Positions 23,832-37,452 are shown, counted from the first letter of the stretch. The stretch: DNA of 64,000 bases from Octopus sinensis (GCF_006345805.1 NC_042999.1:154194001-154258000), one strand, 5' to 3'. Numbers and translations are program-made. Notes: generated by a model not told the origin, from the sequence alone.

Positions 23832-26469
23832 CTGTGGCAGAAATGTTAGTCCTTGTAGGAACTCAGAACTGACATGCTAACCTTTCGTCATTTGACACAG
23901 GATCACCTCCTCCAATGCCTCCTCCCCTCACAAAGGATCTTTGTCTTACAAGTTACTTGGTGACCCCTGCCAGTGCAGGTGCCACTTAGAAAGCATCCAG
24001 TCCATACTGTAAAGTGGTAGGCATTTAGAAGGGCATCAAGCAGTAAAAACCTTGCCAAAACTGACCTTGCTTGTGCCTGTGCCATGTAAAAAGCACTGTC
24101 CACTCTGCTGGGTGGTTGGTGTTAGGAAGGGCACCTAGCTGTAAAAATCCTGCCAAAACAAAGTCTGATGCAAGATTGTGCCTGACCAGCTCCTGTTAAA
24201 CCATCTAACCCATGCCAACATGGAAGGACATTAAACGATGATGGTGAATAACAGTTTCAAATTTTAGCACAAGGCCAGCAAGTTCAAGGGATGAAGTAAG
24301 CCAATTACATCAACCCTGAAACCAATTTTATCGACCCTGAAAGGATGAAAGGCAAAGTCGACCTTGTCAGAATTTGAACTCGAAATGTGAAGAAATAATG
24401 TATTACTGCTTAGCATTTTACCTGGTGTGCTAACAATTTTTGTCAGCTTGTTGCCTTCAATAATAATAAACCACCATTGAAGTATGAAACTACTATTTGT
24501 GACATACATACATCATCTAACTAAAACAAATAAGGATGATGTCATAATTATAAACAAAAAAAACATTGACACAGAAAGGAAGACATTTGTGAAATCTGAA
24601 AACAGTCAAAATAAAGTCTGTAACAGAAACCAGATGGTCTGAGTTGATGGTGCCAATTGTGGTAATAATGGTAAATCCAGAAGAGTTGGCTGAGTATCTC
24701 ATCTGATTAAATTTCTGTATATATATATATATATATATATATTATATCAATTTACTACTATCTAACCTTGGACCAATCAAAGTCTTGTGAGTGGATTTGG
24801 TAGACAGAAACTGAAAGAAACCTGTCGCATGCGTGTGTGTGTGTGTGTGTGTGTATACTGAGGCTGTGTGATAAGAAGCTTGCAACCCAACCACATAGAT
24901 CTGGGTTCAGTCCCACTGCGTTGAACCTTGGGCAATTGTCTTCTGCTTTAGCCTCTGGCTGACCAAAGCCTTGTGAGTGGATATGATAGGCAGAAACTGA
25001 AAGAAGCCCATCACATACATACATGGTGCAGCCTTCTGGCTTGCCAGCCCTCAGTCAATCTGTCCAACCCACGCCAGCATGGAGAGCAAATGTTAAACGA
25101 TGATTATATATAATAATAAATGCCAAAACAAATTTGAGTGTCAGCACATCACACTTTGACCCCGTCTCTCACTATTCAATGACACTTCTACTATTCCTCC
25201 TCCTGGGGTGAAAGTAATAGTACGCATAGAGACTGTGAGGGCAGTAGTAGATTGACAAGTTGTGATGGTAATGGGGTGATAGTAATAGTATGAGCTGTAG
25301 TTGTGAGAGAGGGGGAGGCAAAAGTAATGATGGTAGTGGTAGCAAGGGTGGTTAGGGATGAGGGTGATAGTAAGCGATGTGAAAGACAGTGATGATGGTG
25401 ATGGAGGGGAAGGTGGTGAAGTCAAAAGTATTGATGGTGGTGGCGTCAGAAGTCTGAATGGTGTGTATATAACAGTTGTGATGGTGATGGTTGAAAACAA
25501 TAAACAGAATGAGAGAGAAAGAATGAGGTTAGACAGAAAAAAAAAATTGTACTGACCCCTGAGTGGGAAGACAAAAGAATGTTTATCATGCAGCTTTGCA
25601 ATAAGTTCCAAGTCGACAAACTATATCATTGTTCTGATGAAAGTTGTTCCTTGCTTGAAAAATATTGGTCAAGTTTTAATAAAATTTAATATGTGCTCAA
25701 TACATGAAGTGTTATTGTTGGGTCCAAGGCCCAATGAAAAGCCCTCCACAGGAGCTACCTTAAAAGCAGCTCAACAGGGGCAGCAAAAGAGACCAATAGA
25801 ATAAGTACTAGCCTTACAATAGGTCCTAGGGTCGATTTGTTCGACTAAAAAAGCAGTGCCCCAGCATGGCCACAGCCAAATGACAAACAAGTAAAATACC
25901 AATATCGGTGTATTTTGCCAAACAGCTGAGTTACGGGGACGTAAACACACCATCATCAGTTGTCAAGCAATGTTGGGGGGACAAACAGACACACAAACAT
26001 ATAGACACACATGCACATATATATATACATATATATGGGCTTCTTTCAGTTTCCATTTACCAAATCCACTCACAAGGCTTTGGTCAGCCCGAGGCTATTA
26101 GTAGAAGACACTTGCCCAAGGTGCCACGCAGTGGGAATGAACCCGGAACCATATGGTTGGTAAGCAAGCTACTTACCACACAGCCACTCCTGTGCCTATG
26201 GAAAAAAACAGGGAGGGAGAGAGATTAGGATTTCTTCTTTCTATAACTGACATTTGGTTGGTCCTTCCATTTTAATAATGAGCAAGGCAGAGACAAACTG
26301 TTTCATAATTAGCTACTTCGTTGCAATTATAATGACACTTGTAAACAGAAACATTCAGAGTGTTTGTTCAACATCATTAGTTGCAAGATGACAGAATTGT
26401 GTGACACTGGTTGTCACATGTTCTGTTTTGTAAACGGTGAACCAGAAGAAGACAATAAACTAAGCATAC

Positions 26470-26612
26470 ATTTCTTTTTGCTTTAGTAAATAAACATGCA
26501 TGCCGCGGGATAACGGATGTAACAAGCAACCAAGAGAAAAGAGAATAGAATGGAGAAAAAGAAACAAAATTTCCATAAAGATGTCGATTTGGAAAGGAAC
26601 TGACATCAAAAC
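26470..26612 (-). CDS. Candidate exon (143 nt) with two open frames (GFDVSSFPNRHLYGNF...KAKRN or VLMSVPFQIDIFMEILFLFLHS...KQKE)
   Basis: Acceptor tttgtttgttttccacactgtAG, donor AAT|GTATGC; reading frame unresolved. Confidence 0.4.
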
Positions 26613-26929
26613 CTACAGTGTGGAAAACAAACAAATTGATTCAAAATTCTCGCTCCCTCTCTCATTATATTTCTATGTAAGGGGAAAAATTCTGAGAAGA
26701 TTCTTTGTTGCTTCAAAAGAAAAATTATGTCTTGACTAGCAGGACTCGTGAATATTTCACAGAATTAATGGTAATCCTATTGAGTTATTTCTGAAAACTA
26801 TCCAAAAACCTGAAAGCAGAGCTTGTGTTCTGTCTATGGAAAGACAGTCGCTCATCTGCTATTCACTGAAAAGTGAAAGAAATTGGAATATGATAATTAC
26901 TAAATGCACTTTATACACACACATTTTTA

Positions 26930-27029
26930 NNNNNNNNNNNNNNNNNNNNNNNNNNNNNNNNNNNNNNNNNNNNNNNNNNNNNNNNNNNNNNNNNNNNNNN
27001 NNNNNNNNNNNNNNNNNNNNNNNNNNNNN
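26930..27029. other. Assembly gap (100 N)
   Basis: Run of 100 N. Confidence 1.
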
Positions 27030-27408
27030 ATCAGATGGAATTCATTGAGAGATGGTGGGGTTTTCTGCAGCCAGACACTGTTTCCTGTCATCTTCCCTCA
27101 CCTGTTTCCAAGTAACAATTCCCATGGCAAGCTAGGTTTCCACTGAAGAATGGAAATGAATGCCAGTCATACTCACAACTCTCACATGGTGTCAAGACAA
27201 GCACACACACACACACCATATGTCATCATCATCATCATCGTTTAACATCCGCTTTCCATGCTAGGATGGGTTGGACGATTTGACTGACGACTGGCAAGCC
27301 AAATGGCTGCACCAGGCTCCAATCTTGATCTGGCTTCACCACTTCATCCCAGGTCTTCCTGGGTCTACCTCTTCCAAGGAGAAATTATGACAAACTTTAT
27401 TAGCTTAC

Positions 27409-27463
27409 AGCTGTTTCTGCTACAAAATTCAATGCACTCAAAGCTGAATGCTTGTATATCAAC
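27409..27463 (-). CDS. Candidate exon (55 nt)
   Basis: Donor GCT|GTAAGC, weak acceptor gctatAG; two frames open (VDIQAFSFECIEFCSRNS / LIYKHSALSALNFVAETA). Confidence 0.25.
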
Positions 27464-30400
27464 CTATAGCTTCATCAGAGCTTCAGAAATATATATAGCT
27501 TTATGAGCTTCTTGCAGTTTCTATCAATAAAATCTATTCACAAGGCTGTTTAGCCCTATTCACAAGACTGTTTAGCCTAGGGCTATAGTAGAGAACATTT
27601 GCTCAGGGTTCCATGTGGTGAAACTGAAGCCAAACTTATGTAATTGGGAAGCAAACTTTTAACTATACAACTAGACCTATAAATTTTTATTACCACTAAT
27701 TATACTTTGCAGCTGTAGGTTTACTTCTGTTAATTCTTGGAGCAAAGGTCATATGTATCATGTTGCATCCACCTTCATGAAGTAGAATATAGATTTAGTA
27801 AAACATATCAGCATTTCCTTAACTGATTTATAAGCTGTTGTGATAAATAAGGTTAACTACTTCAATAAAATATAGTTTATGACATGTAACTTCTCCCATA
27901 CTGTCTTGTACTCTTTCCATCTGCATTTATTTTTTTATCTTTTAGTCCAGAGAGAAGATTGTACCTATAGAGTGTTCAGGCTAAATTTGATTTCAGCATG
28001 GTCCCAGGCAAATGACTGAAACAAGTAAAAGAAAAGAATATATCGAAAAATAAAAGTATTAAAAAAAACAAAAAAAAACTATAGGTACAGGCATGGTTGT
28101 GCGATAAGAAAGCTTGCTTCCCAACCACATAGTTCCGGGTTCAGTCCCATCTTGGGCAGGTGTTTTTACTATAGCCTCGGGCCAACCAAAGTCTTGTAAG
28201 AGGATTTAGCAGACAGAAACTGAAAAAAGCTTGTCATATATATATATGTGTGTGTGTCTGTATGTCCCCCACCATTGCTTGACAACCAATGTTGGTGTGT
28301 TTCGTTACCAACCCGAACCCGACTGAAACCAGCTCTGGCTCTGAGTACAAAAGTCTTGTCTTCATAAGTTTTGAAATAAAATCTTCCACCAAACTTTAGT
28401 CATAATTTATGCTCCTAACACTAGCTGAATGATTAAGTTATTTTACTAAATTCTTTGTTATATTAAAAATAATTGAAAGAAACACACAGCATCTCAAAAA
28501 AAAATACAGTAATAAAAGGGTTAACCTATTCTAAATGCTCAGTAAATTACTCCACAAAACAGCAGTGGTTTATTATAGAGGGAATACTTTGTGCAAAGCC
28601 AGTTCCACTTTTTGGTCCTTCGAACTCATATTGGTCTGGTGCAACAAGTGCAACGAACCCAATGGTTATGAAGTTATAGGATTTGTATGGAGTTAGCTTG
28701 TCTTAGATGAGGGGCTAAAAAGCTGCAGGACTTCATGGGACCTGGATCAGTTGGAGTGTCTGTGAGCAACTTTCTTCGATAACAGGCAAACTAACTCATT
28801 GTTGAGACTCTAACCAGTACATTTACTGAGTTAGGTTAGATTTAGGAACAATAGCGAGTAAGAAGTGGTTCTACATTCCTCAAAACCCTGAAACTTCTTA
28901 AACAGGTCCCCCACCCACCCACTACCAGATGCAGTTTAAAATCAAACCCAGGACAAATTGATACTGAATCGTCAATACTAAATTTTTTTTTGGCTAATAA
29001 TCCTGAAAGGATGAAATGCAACATTGACCTTTGAACTCAAACATATTTACATGACAGACAGCTGCCCATTCTCATTTACCTTGAGATGTGATACTGAGCA
29101 CACCTGCAGTTTTCTTTAATAGCTTACACTAATAATCAATTCCATGAATCTGAACACCATTTAACGGAGATAATAAAGAGATGAAAAGCTTGTTAGATTT
29201 TCTAAACGTATTTAAAGTTTCTATTTAACAATTAATGAAACAGTAATAAAAGATAAATTGGTAGACTTCAATGAAGTAATTAATATTGTACGTACTTTTT
29301 ATCTTATTTTCCACATGGCATTTTCATCCATTATTCATTAAGTATCCCGAAATATGCTTACAAATTTCTCATTAGTCGAACAGACAGTCTTGAGCAATCT
29401 CTCTTTCTTGCAGGAAAAATTTGAAGTTGGCTAATTTCTTCCTGCATTATTTATAGGTTTTAGGATAGTGACCTCGTAGAATTGCTAATGTATTAGACAA
29501 AATACTGAGTAGCATATTTTCTGGCTCTTTACATTCCGAGTTCAAATCTCACCATGGACAACTTTGTCTTTCCTGCTTTTGGATCATCATCATCATCGTT
29601 TAACGTCTGTTTTCCATGCTATCATGGGTTGGCCGGTTTTACCAGGGTCTGAGAAGCCAGGAGGCTGCACCAGGCTCCAGTCTGATCTGGCAGTGTTTCT
29701 ACAGCTTGATGCCCCTCCTAACGCCAACCACTCCGTGAGTGCAGTGGGTACTTTTTACGTGCCACTGGCACAGGAGCCAGAGGAGGCTGGCAAACGGCCA
29801 CGATCGGTTGGTGCTTTTACATATCACCGACACAGACGCCAGTCAGGCGATGCTGGCATCTGCCACATTCGAACGGTGCTTTTTACGTGTCACCAGCACA
29901 TAAAATAAAGTACTGACATACTCTTCTCTGAAAATTTCAGACCTTAGAAGCTTGCTTCCCAACCACACGATTCCAGGTTCAATCTCACTGTAAGGCATCT
30001 TGAGCAATTGCCTTCTACTATAGTGCTGGACCAACTAAAACCTTTTGAGTAAATGTTGTCAACAAAAACAAAGTGTGTGTGTATGTGTTATGTTTGACCT
30101 TGCCACTGCTTGACAACCAGTGTTGGTGTGTTTTTGTCCCAGTTATTTAGTGGTTCAGTAAAAGAGACCTGTAGAATAAGTACCGGGCTTTAAAAAACAA
30201 AAAAGTACTGAGGTCAATTTGTTTGACTATACCCCTCAAGGTGGTGCCCCACCATGGCCGCAGTCCAATGAGTAAAACAGGTAAAAAAAAAAAAGAAAAT
30301 CCACCACAAACTATCTCTAGTGTCTGCACTACATCACTCTACTAATCTTAACATTTATCTTTCACTAACACCCACAAATAAGCCATTCACTTATTTGGTA

Positions 30401-30883
30401 TTAAACTAATGTGGATGCACAATGGCCCAGTGGTTAAGGCAGCAGACTTGCGGTTATAGGATCATGGTTTCAATTCCCAGACTGGGCGTTGTTTATTGAG
30501 CAAAAACACCAGGGATGGTGGCAAACCCTGCTGTATTATTTCCCCACAAAATTTCTCTCACTCTTTCTTCCTGTTTCTATTGTACCTGTATTTCAAAGAG
30601 CCGGCCTTGTCACACTGAATCTCCCTGAGTACTACGTTAAGGGTACACGTATCTGTGGAGTGCTCATCCACTTGCATGTAAATTTGCACAAGCAGACTGT
30701 TCCGTTGATTGGATCAACTGGAACCCTCGTCGTTGCAACCGACGAAGTGCCTTGATTAAACTAATGAGAGAGCCTTCTATGCTCTGCTAGGAATAACCAC
30801 ACTATTGTTTTAAATGAGGAAAAAAAAACACAAGATAATATAATCCTCCATACCTTTAAAAAATGTAACATGGTCACAGCTGT

Positions 30884-30933
<50 letters not shown>

Positions 30934-31096
30934 ATATAAATTAGAAAAAAAAACACCTTTTATCAATTCAATTATGAAAAATTAAATTATACCATTTAGA
31001 AAAATTACATATTATATAGAAAGATCAAATATAAGATAAAGCATATAATGATGATTAAGTAATGTGCAAAATAATAATTAAAACGTAATTTATATT

Positions 31097-31505
31097 TTCT
31101 CTTTTTTTTTCTCTTTTACTTGTTTCAGTCATTTGACTGCGGCCATGCTGGAGCACCGCCTTTAATCGAGCAACTCGACCCCGGGACTTATTCTTTTTGT
31201 AAGCCCAGTACTTATTCTATCGGTCTCTTTTGCCGAACCGCTAAGTAACGGGGACATAAACACACCAGCATCGGTTGTCAAGCAATGCTAGGGGGACAAA
31301 CACAGACACACAAACAAACACACATATATATATATATACGACAGGCTTCTTTCAGTTTCTGTCTACCAAATCCACTCACAAGACATTGGTCGGCCCGAGG
31401 CTATAGCAGAAGGACACTTGCCCAAGATGCCACGCAGTGGGACTGAACCCGGAACCATGTGGTTGGTTAGCAAGCTACTTACCACACAGCCACTCCTGCG
31501 CCTAT
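31097..31505 (-). mobile_element. SINE family A, full length
   Basis: Near-identical to 58539-58940. Confidence 0.9.
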
Positions 31506-31606
31506 ATATATATTATATTTTGTGAAATTTGATTTAATATTTCTAAATTGAATTTTTCCCTTTAAGTTTGGAATAATATTCCCTCATATTATATATATAT
31601 ATATCT

Positions 31607-31672
<66 letters not shown>

Positions 31673-33002
31673 CGTATACATACAATGGGTTTCCTTCAGT
31701 TTCTCTTTACCAAATCCACTCAGGAGGCTTTGATCGACTTGGCTATTGTAGATGTGCCCAAGGTGCCATGCAATGGGACTGAACCCAAGACCACATGACA
31801 AGGAAGTAAACTTCTAATCACACAGCTATGCCTATGTTGGTAGATTAAGTACTATCATTATTGCCTGGTCCCAGGTCAGCCCTAATGAAGCAGATCTGTG
31901 ACCAGTCATTTCAGCCATGACCACTCTGTCTTTTTTCCCTACATGCTGTACATTGAGGACCACATTATCCGATGCCTTTTACTAAGTTGGTAGCATGTAA
32001 TTTGAGCAAGATTTAGCTGTTATTTTTAACAGGCCCAGCAGCTTGTTAGCTCAGTCAGCACAACCGTTTGTAGTCAGTGTCATTAGAACATTTGTGAGAT
32101 GTCTGGTTTTAATAAAAAAGTTAAAATACCAAAAATATATCTTTCCTTTCCTTTGGGATGGGGGGAGGGCACTTAATCTGAAAACAATATTGATCTTTCC
32201 TAATCTTCTTAATGTCATTATTTTATTAAGCAATTAATTAGTCATTAGTAGTTGAAACTGTGTTGTAATCTACTTAGAATCCAAAATGTTTAATTACTTA
32301 TACACAATCAGAATCTCAATCAAATCAAAATCAAAAATGGAAATTGTAGTTGTGGCCGGTGCCAGTGCTGCCTGACTGGCTCCCGTGCTGGTGGCACATA
32401 ATAAGCACCATTCATGCGTGGGTCATTGTCAGTGCGGCTTGACTGGCTCCCCATGCTGATAGCACGTAAAAAGCATCATCCAAACATAGCCGATGCCAGT
32501 GCCACCTGACTGGCTCTTGCACCAGTGGCACATAAAAAGCACCCACTACACTCTTGGAGTGGTTGGCATTAGGAAGGGTCCAGCTGTAGAAACATTACTA
32601 GATCAGACTGGAGCCTGGTGCAGCCTCCTGGCTTGCCAGTCTTCAGTCAAATTGTCCAACACATGCTAGCATGGAAAGCAGACATTAAGCAATGATGATG
32701 AGGAGTAAAATTTATAAAAGAAACGTTGTAGAAAGCAAAACAACTGAGTAAGTAATTGGCAGGGATTTTTTTGTTCATTTTCTTCCTGGAAAGGGTGTTA
32801 ATTTTTAAATATTTTAAAGTCTGTTTTACGCCATTTCATCTCTCATTAATCTCATGCTATTTTTGGCTGGTGTTTCACAAACTTAACTTGCATTCCATCA
32901 ATTGTACCAATGAGGGTTCCAGTTGATCCAATCAACAGAACAGCCTGCTCTTGAAATTAACGTGCAAGTGGCTGAGCACTCCACTGACACACATACCCTT
33001 AA

Positions 33003-33224
33003 CTCTTTTGATACCAACCCATCTGAAATCGCCTCTGGCTTTGAAGTACAAACGGCTTGTTTTCAGAAGTTCTGAATTAAAATCTTCCACCAAACCTTAG
33101 TCACAATTTATGTTCCTAAAATTAGCTGAATGATAATTAAGTTATTTTACTAAATTCTTTGCTATATTTAAAATTAATTGAAAGAAACACAGAGCATCTC
33201 AACAGAAATATGGTAACAAAAGGG
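33003..33224. mobile_element. piggyBac-like MITE inserted at a TTAA inside a SINE
   Basis: Host reads ...TACCCTTAA|element|TTGA-AGTAGTTCTC. Confidence 0.75.
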
Positions 33225-33478
33225 TTGAAGTAGTTCTCGGGGAGATTCAACAAGATATTGAATGTGACAAGGCTGACTCTTTAAAATACAGCTACAACTC
33301 ATTTTTGCTGAGTAGACTGCAGCAATGTGAAATGAAGTGTCTTGCTGAAGGACACAATACGCTTCCATGAATTGGACTCACAACTTTACAATCATGACCC
33401 AGACACCTTATTGTTTGATTGGTATTCTATGGTGTCCTTTTTACAGCTCCAAGATAGAATTGTTTAAAACAGCCCCAC

Positions 33479-33590
33479 TTGCGCAAATTGGAAGACAGAG
33501 ATATTCCTGGTAGTTGGAACAATAAAGGATATTAGCAGCAGTACAAGGTCTCTGGCCATAGCTTTTGTCACACTGGTCCTTTTACAATTG
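33479..33590 (-). CDS. Candidate coding exon (112 nt, phase 2-0); NCKRTSVTKAMARDLVLLLISFIVPTTRNISVFQFAQ
   Basis: Acceptor ccccactttcaactccatacAG; one open frame; donor CAA|GTGGGG is weak, so it could instead be a terminal exon ending VGLF*. Confidence 0.4.
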
Positions 33591-34422
33591 CTGTATGGAG
33601 TTGAAAGTGGGGCAGTTGGTAAACAAGTGTGGTTGATAGACAGACAAGGAAGCACATCATCATTTAACGACTGTTTTCCAAGCTAGCATGGGTTGGACAG
33701 TTTGACATGAGCTGGCAAGGCCAGGATCCACATCAGGTTCTATTGTCTGTTTTGCATTGGTTTCCACAGCTAGATACCCCTCCAAATGCCAACCACTTAA
33801 GAGAGTGTAATTAATGCTTATTACATGACACCATCACCAGTGATTTTTAATTAGCACCAGAGAGAGAGAAAATCATTAGAAAGTTAGACAAAAAAACTTA
33901 GTAGTATTTCTATTGGCTCTTTATGTTCTGAGTTCAAATCTGGCCAATTATAGCTTTGCCTTTCATCTCTTCAAAATTGATAAAATAAAATACCAGTCAT
34001 GTACTGGGAGCATGTGTGGATATGTATGCATGTGAAAGTGTTTATGTATTCACGTGTGTCAGTGTGTGTATATGTTTGTTCATGTATGTGTATATGCATT
34101 GATACATACACACAAATGTATGGTGGTTCATCAGTTACAATGTTACACTATTTCTTCCGGCTCTTTATGTTTTGGGTTCAAGTCCAGCCAAGGCCAATTT
34201 GGTCTTTCATTTTTTCAAAGTCAATCAAATGCAGTCAGTTGTATACTGGGAGTATGTAATTGTATGCGTATGAATGTGCTTACGTCTTTATATTTGTGTG
34301 TATTTCTGGTTCTGTATTCATGTATGTGTGTGCTCATGCAGGCAGACAAAAGTATGGTCATTCAACAGTCGGAATAATATTTTCCTTGCATTGAGATCTT
34401 TCAAAAATCACTTTTTACTCAC

Positions 34423-34442
34423 AAGCATTTTGCTTTGGCATC
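34423..34442 (-). CDS. Candidate 20-nt micro-exon GATGCCAAAGCAAAATGCTT (DAKAKC+tt if phase 0-2)
   Basis: Acceptor attttctctgttAG and donor GTGAGT; phase-compatible with candidates 35756-35811 and 33479-33590. Confidence 0.45.
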
Positions 34443-35281
34443 CTAACAGAGAAAATATTTCAATTAATTTTCCATTGGTTCCGAAAACCAGTGACCATGT
34501 TCATTAACCATTCCAAGACATTATGCAGTTCATGTGGAATTTAGATTACTAAAACTAATTTAATACCTTCAGACTGATTTCCATGTATCCCATGTATTGT
34601 TCAGATAAACTTGCTCCATAGTCATTAAGTCAGTTTGAATCTCATTACACTTTGTAACCGAGGTTAATTACATCTTGCTGTCAGTGCCTACAGACCAAAG
34701 TAGATATCTACTTCAACCTCCACCACCACCATCACCATCACCACCATTCTTTAACTTGCTTTGTTTCTCTTCTGCATTTCTCAGTTCATTTAACATTGGT
34801 AACGTCTGAGAAATTCATGAGTATTTATTCAACCTTAGTTTGCTGTCCTTTGGTTAGAAACATGGTATTTTCCAGCATACGAGTTGAATTCTTCAAAATT
34901 TGCAGTCAAAAAACAAAAAGGGAAATTGTATTAAAAAGGGCATCGAGCTGTAAAACCTGCTTTAATATTCCTCTAACCCATTCTAGCATAGAAAAACAGG
35001 CATAAAACAAACAAATGAACTCCTTACATGTATATCATACTAGTATATGACCTACATGTTTACATGTATAAAAATAGACTGGTGCTCACTTGGTCACAGC
35101 AAGGAGTGTTTCTAGTTGGCCTGATGAATGGAACAACCTGCATGTGAAATTAACATGCAAGTGGTTTGAGCACTCCACAGACATGTGTACCCTTAATTAG
35201 TTCTCAAGGAGAGCCAGTGTGACACAGAATGTAAAAGGCTGAGTTGGCTCTTTGAAAAACTAGTAAGCTAAGTAAAATCAC

Positions 35282-35719
35282 TGTCTGTAGTGTTTACTTG
35301 CACCACTTTATATTCTCAGTTCAATTCCTACTGAGGTCAGCTTATACTATTCATACTTCTAAGATCATTAAACTAAAGTTGATTTTATGTTTTTGGCACT
35401 GTGTCCATGCTGGCGCTGTCTGTGCTGGCACCACATAAAAAGTACCTGTACCAGCACTACATAAAAAAAGCATCTGTGCTCTTTGCATGCTTCTAGCACA
35501 GGTGCCCTTTGCATACCTCTAGCACAGATGCTTTTTTTATGTAGTGCTGGTACAGGTACTTTTGATGTGGTGCCAGCACAGACAGCGCCAGCATGGACAC
35601 AGTGCCAAAAACATAAAATCAACTTTAGTTTAATGATCTTAGAAGTATGAATAGTATACGCTGACCTCAGTAGGAATTGAACTGAGAATATAAAGTGGTG
35701 CAAGTAAACACTACAGACA
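35282..35719. repeat. Near-perfect long inverted repeat (199-bp arms, 40-bp spacer)
   Basis: 35282-35480 is the reverse complement of 35521-35719, with 2 mismatches. Confidence 0.95.
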
Positions 35720-35755
35720 TTTTGTCCAATGTGTTTACCATATGTAGCAATTTAC

Positions 35756-35811
35756 CATTGTTGCGATGGTGATGGAGTCAGCACCAAGTCTGATTAAATT
35801 TAGGTCATTGT
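35756..35811 (-). CDS. Candidate coding exon (56 nt, phase 1-0); xNDLNLIRLGADSITIATM
   Basis: Acceptor ctgactcctttgtttttccaacAG, donor ATG|GTAAAT; only one open frame. Confidence 0.5.
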
Positions 35812-35888
35812 CTGTTGGAAAAACAAAGGAGTCAGTCCAAATGCATTATGTCCAGTTTCCATCCCTTCTATCTATTGTGACTATTTCT

Positions 35889-35932
<44 letters not shown>

Positions 35933-36011
35933 GTATATGTATTTATTATTGTCTGGGGAGAGTCTCTTTTAATGCCTTATTACTTAACACTCTCCAGTTC
36001 GATTTCCACTC

Positions 36012-36426
36012 ATTTACTCTTTACTCCCTTTTACTTGTTTCAGTCATCTGACTGCAGCCATGCCGGAGCACCACCTTTAGTCAAGCAAATCGATCCCAGG
36101 ACTTATTCTTTGTAAGCCTAGTACTTATTCTATCGGTCTCTTTTGCCAGAACGACTAAGTGACGGGGACATAAACACACCAGCATCGGTTGCCAAGCAAT
36201 GCTCGGGGGACAAACACAGACACAAACATACACACACACATATATATATATACATACATATGACGGGCTTCTTTCAGTTTCCGTTTACCAAATCCACTCA
36301 CAAGGCTTTGGTGAGCCCAAGGCTATATTAGAAGACACTTGCCCAAGATGCTACGCAGTGGGACTGAACCCAGAACCATGTGGTTGGTAAGCAAGCTACT
36401 TATCATACAGCTACTCCTGCGTCTAT
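36012..36426 (-). mobile_element. SINE family A, full length
   Basis: Same head, body and tail as 58539-58940. Confidence 0.9.
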
Positions 36427-37140
36427 TTATTCATTTTTTCTAAACTTTTCAAGTAAAAACAACTATTGAAAAGGTTGCAAGGTGCAATGAAAATTTTAGA
36501 AAATAATTTAGTAAATGAGTGGAAATCGAACCAGTGAGTGCGTTAAGTAATAAGACACTAAAAGAGAAAGACTCTCCCTAGACAATAAAACCTGCTTCAA
36601 CACATGAATTCACATAAAGAAACTTGCAAATAAATTACAAAAATATGAAATATATGTACTCATTCAATTATTTGTTTACTTGTTTCCATTAGACTGTGGC
36701 CATGCTGGGGTACCATCCTGAATTTTAGTTGAATGAATCGACCCCATTACTGATTATTTTTTAAAGCCTGGTACTTATTCTATCAGTCCTTTCTGCTGAA
36801 CCACTACATTATGTGGATGTAAACACACCAACATGGATTTTCAAGTGGTTGTGTGTGAGGCTTCTTTCAGTTTCCATCAACTAAATCCATTGAAGGCTTT
36901 GGTCAGCCCAAGGCCAAAGTAGAAGACACTTGCCCAAGGTGCCACGCAGTGGGACTGAACCTAGAACCATGTGGTTGGGAAGCAAGCTTCTTACCACATA
37001 GCCACTCTTGCACTATATATATTTGTAATAATTGTACAGAAACATATTGTTGGAACAGTCTTAGCATCATTATAAATTATTCAAAACATTTCCATTTTGG
37101 AATTCTAAATTTATTCTTTCCTTCTTTGTTCTCGTTGCAG

Positions 37141-37199
37141 ATATTCAAAGTAATGAAGAGAGGAAATATGTACAGAATTCTTGGAGACATAAAATATAT
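37141..37199 (+). CDS. Candidate plus-strand exon (59 nt); xIQSNEERKYVQNSWRHKIY or IFKVMKRGNMYRILGDIKY
   Basis: Long polypyrimidine acceptor ttattctttccttctttgttctcgttgcAG and perfect GTAAGT donor; coding status uncertain. Confidence 0.4.
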
Positions 37200-37452
37200 G
37201 TAAGTATATAACTGCAATAATTGGCATCAAATGAATAAAACCATAGGTATTCCTGAATAAAAAGAAAGCAACATATTTAATCACTGAAACTAGAATCAGT
37301 AATTAATGATGATAATAATTAATAACCCGAAGGCACATGGAATTTCGTTATGCAACTATAATATACTATAAAGCATATTAAATGTTTTTATAAGTCAACA
37401 CCACGTCCTGCTGTGTTAGCAGTGCTCTTTACATTATTTTGTTAAAGTTATT

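Noticed and set aside
28550-28706. Minus frame KLTPYKSYNFITIGFVALVAPDQYEFEGPKSG resembling an FN3 LxPxxxY motif
   Set aside because: Rest of the FN3 pattern absent, donor ambiguous, and other frames equally open.
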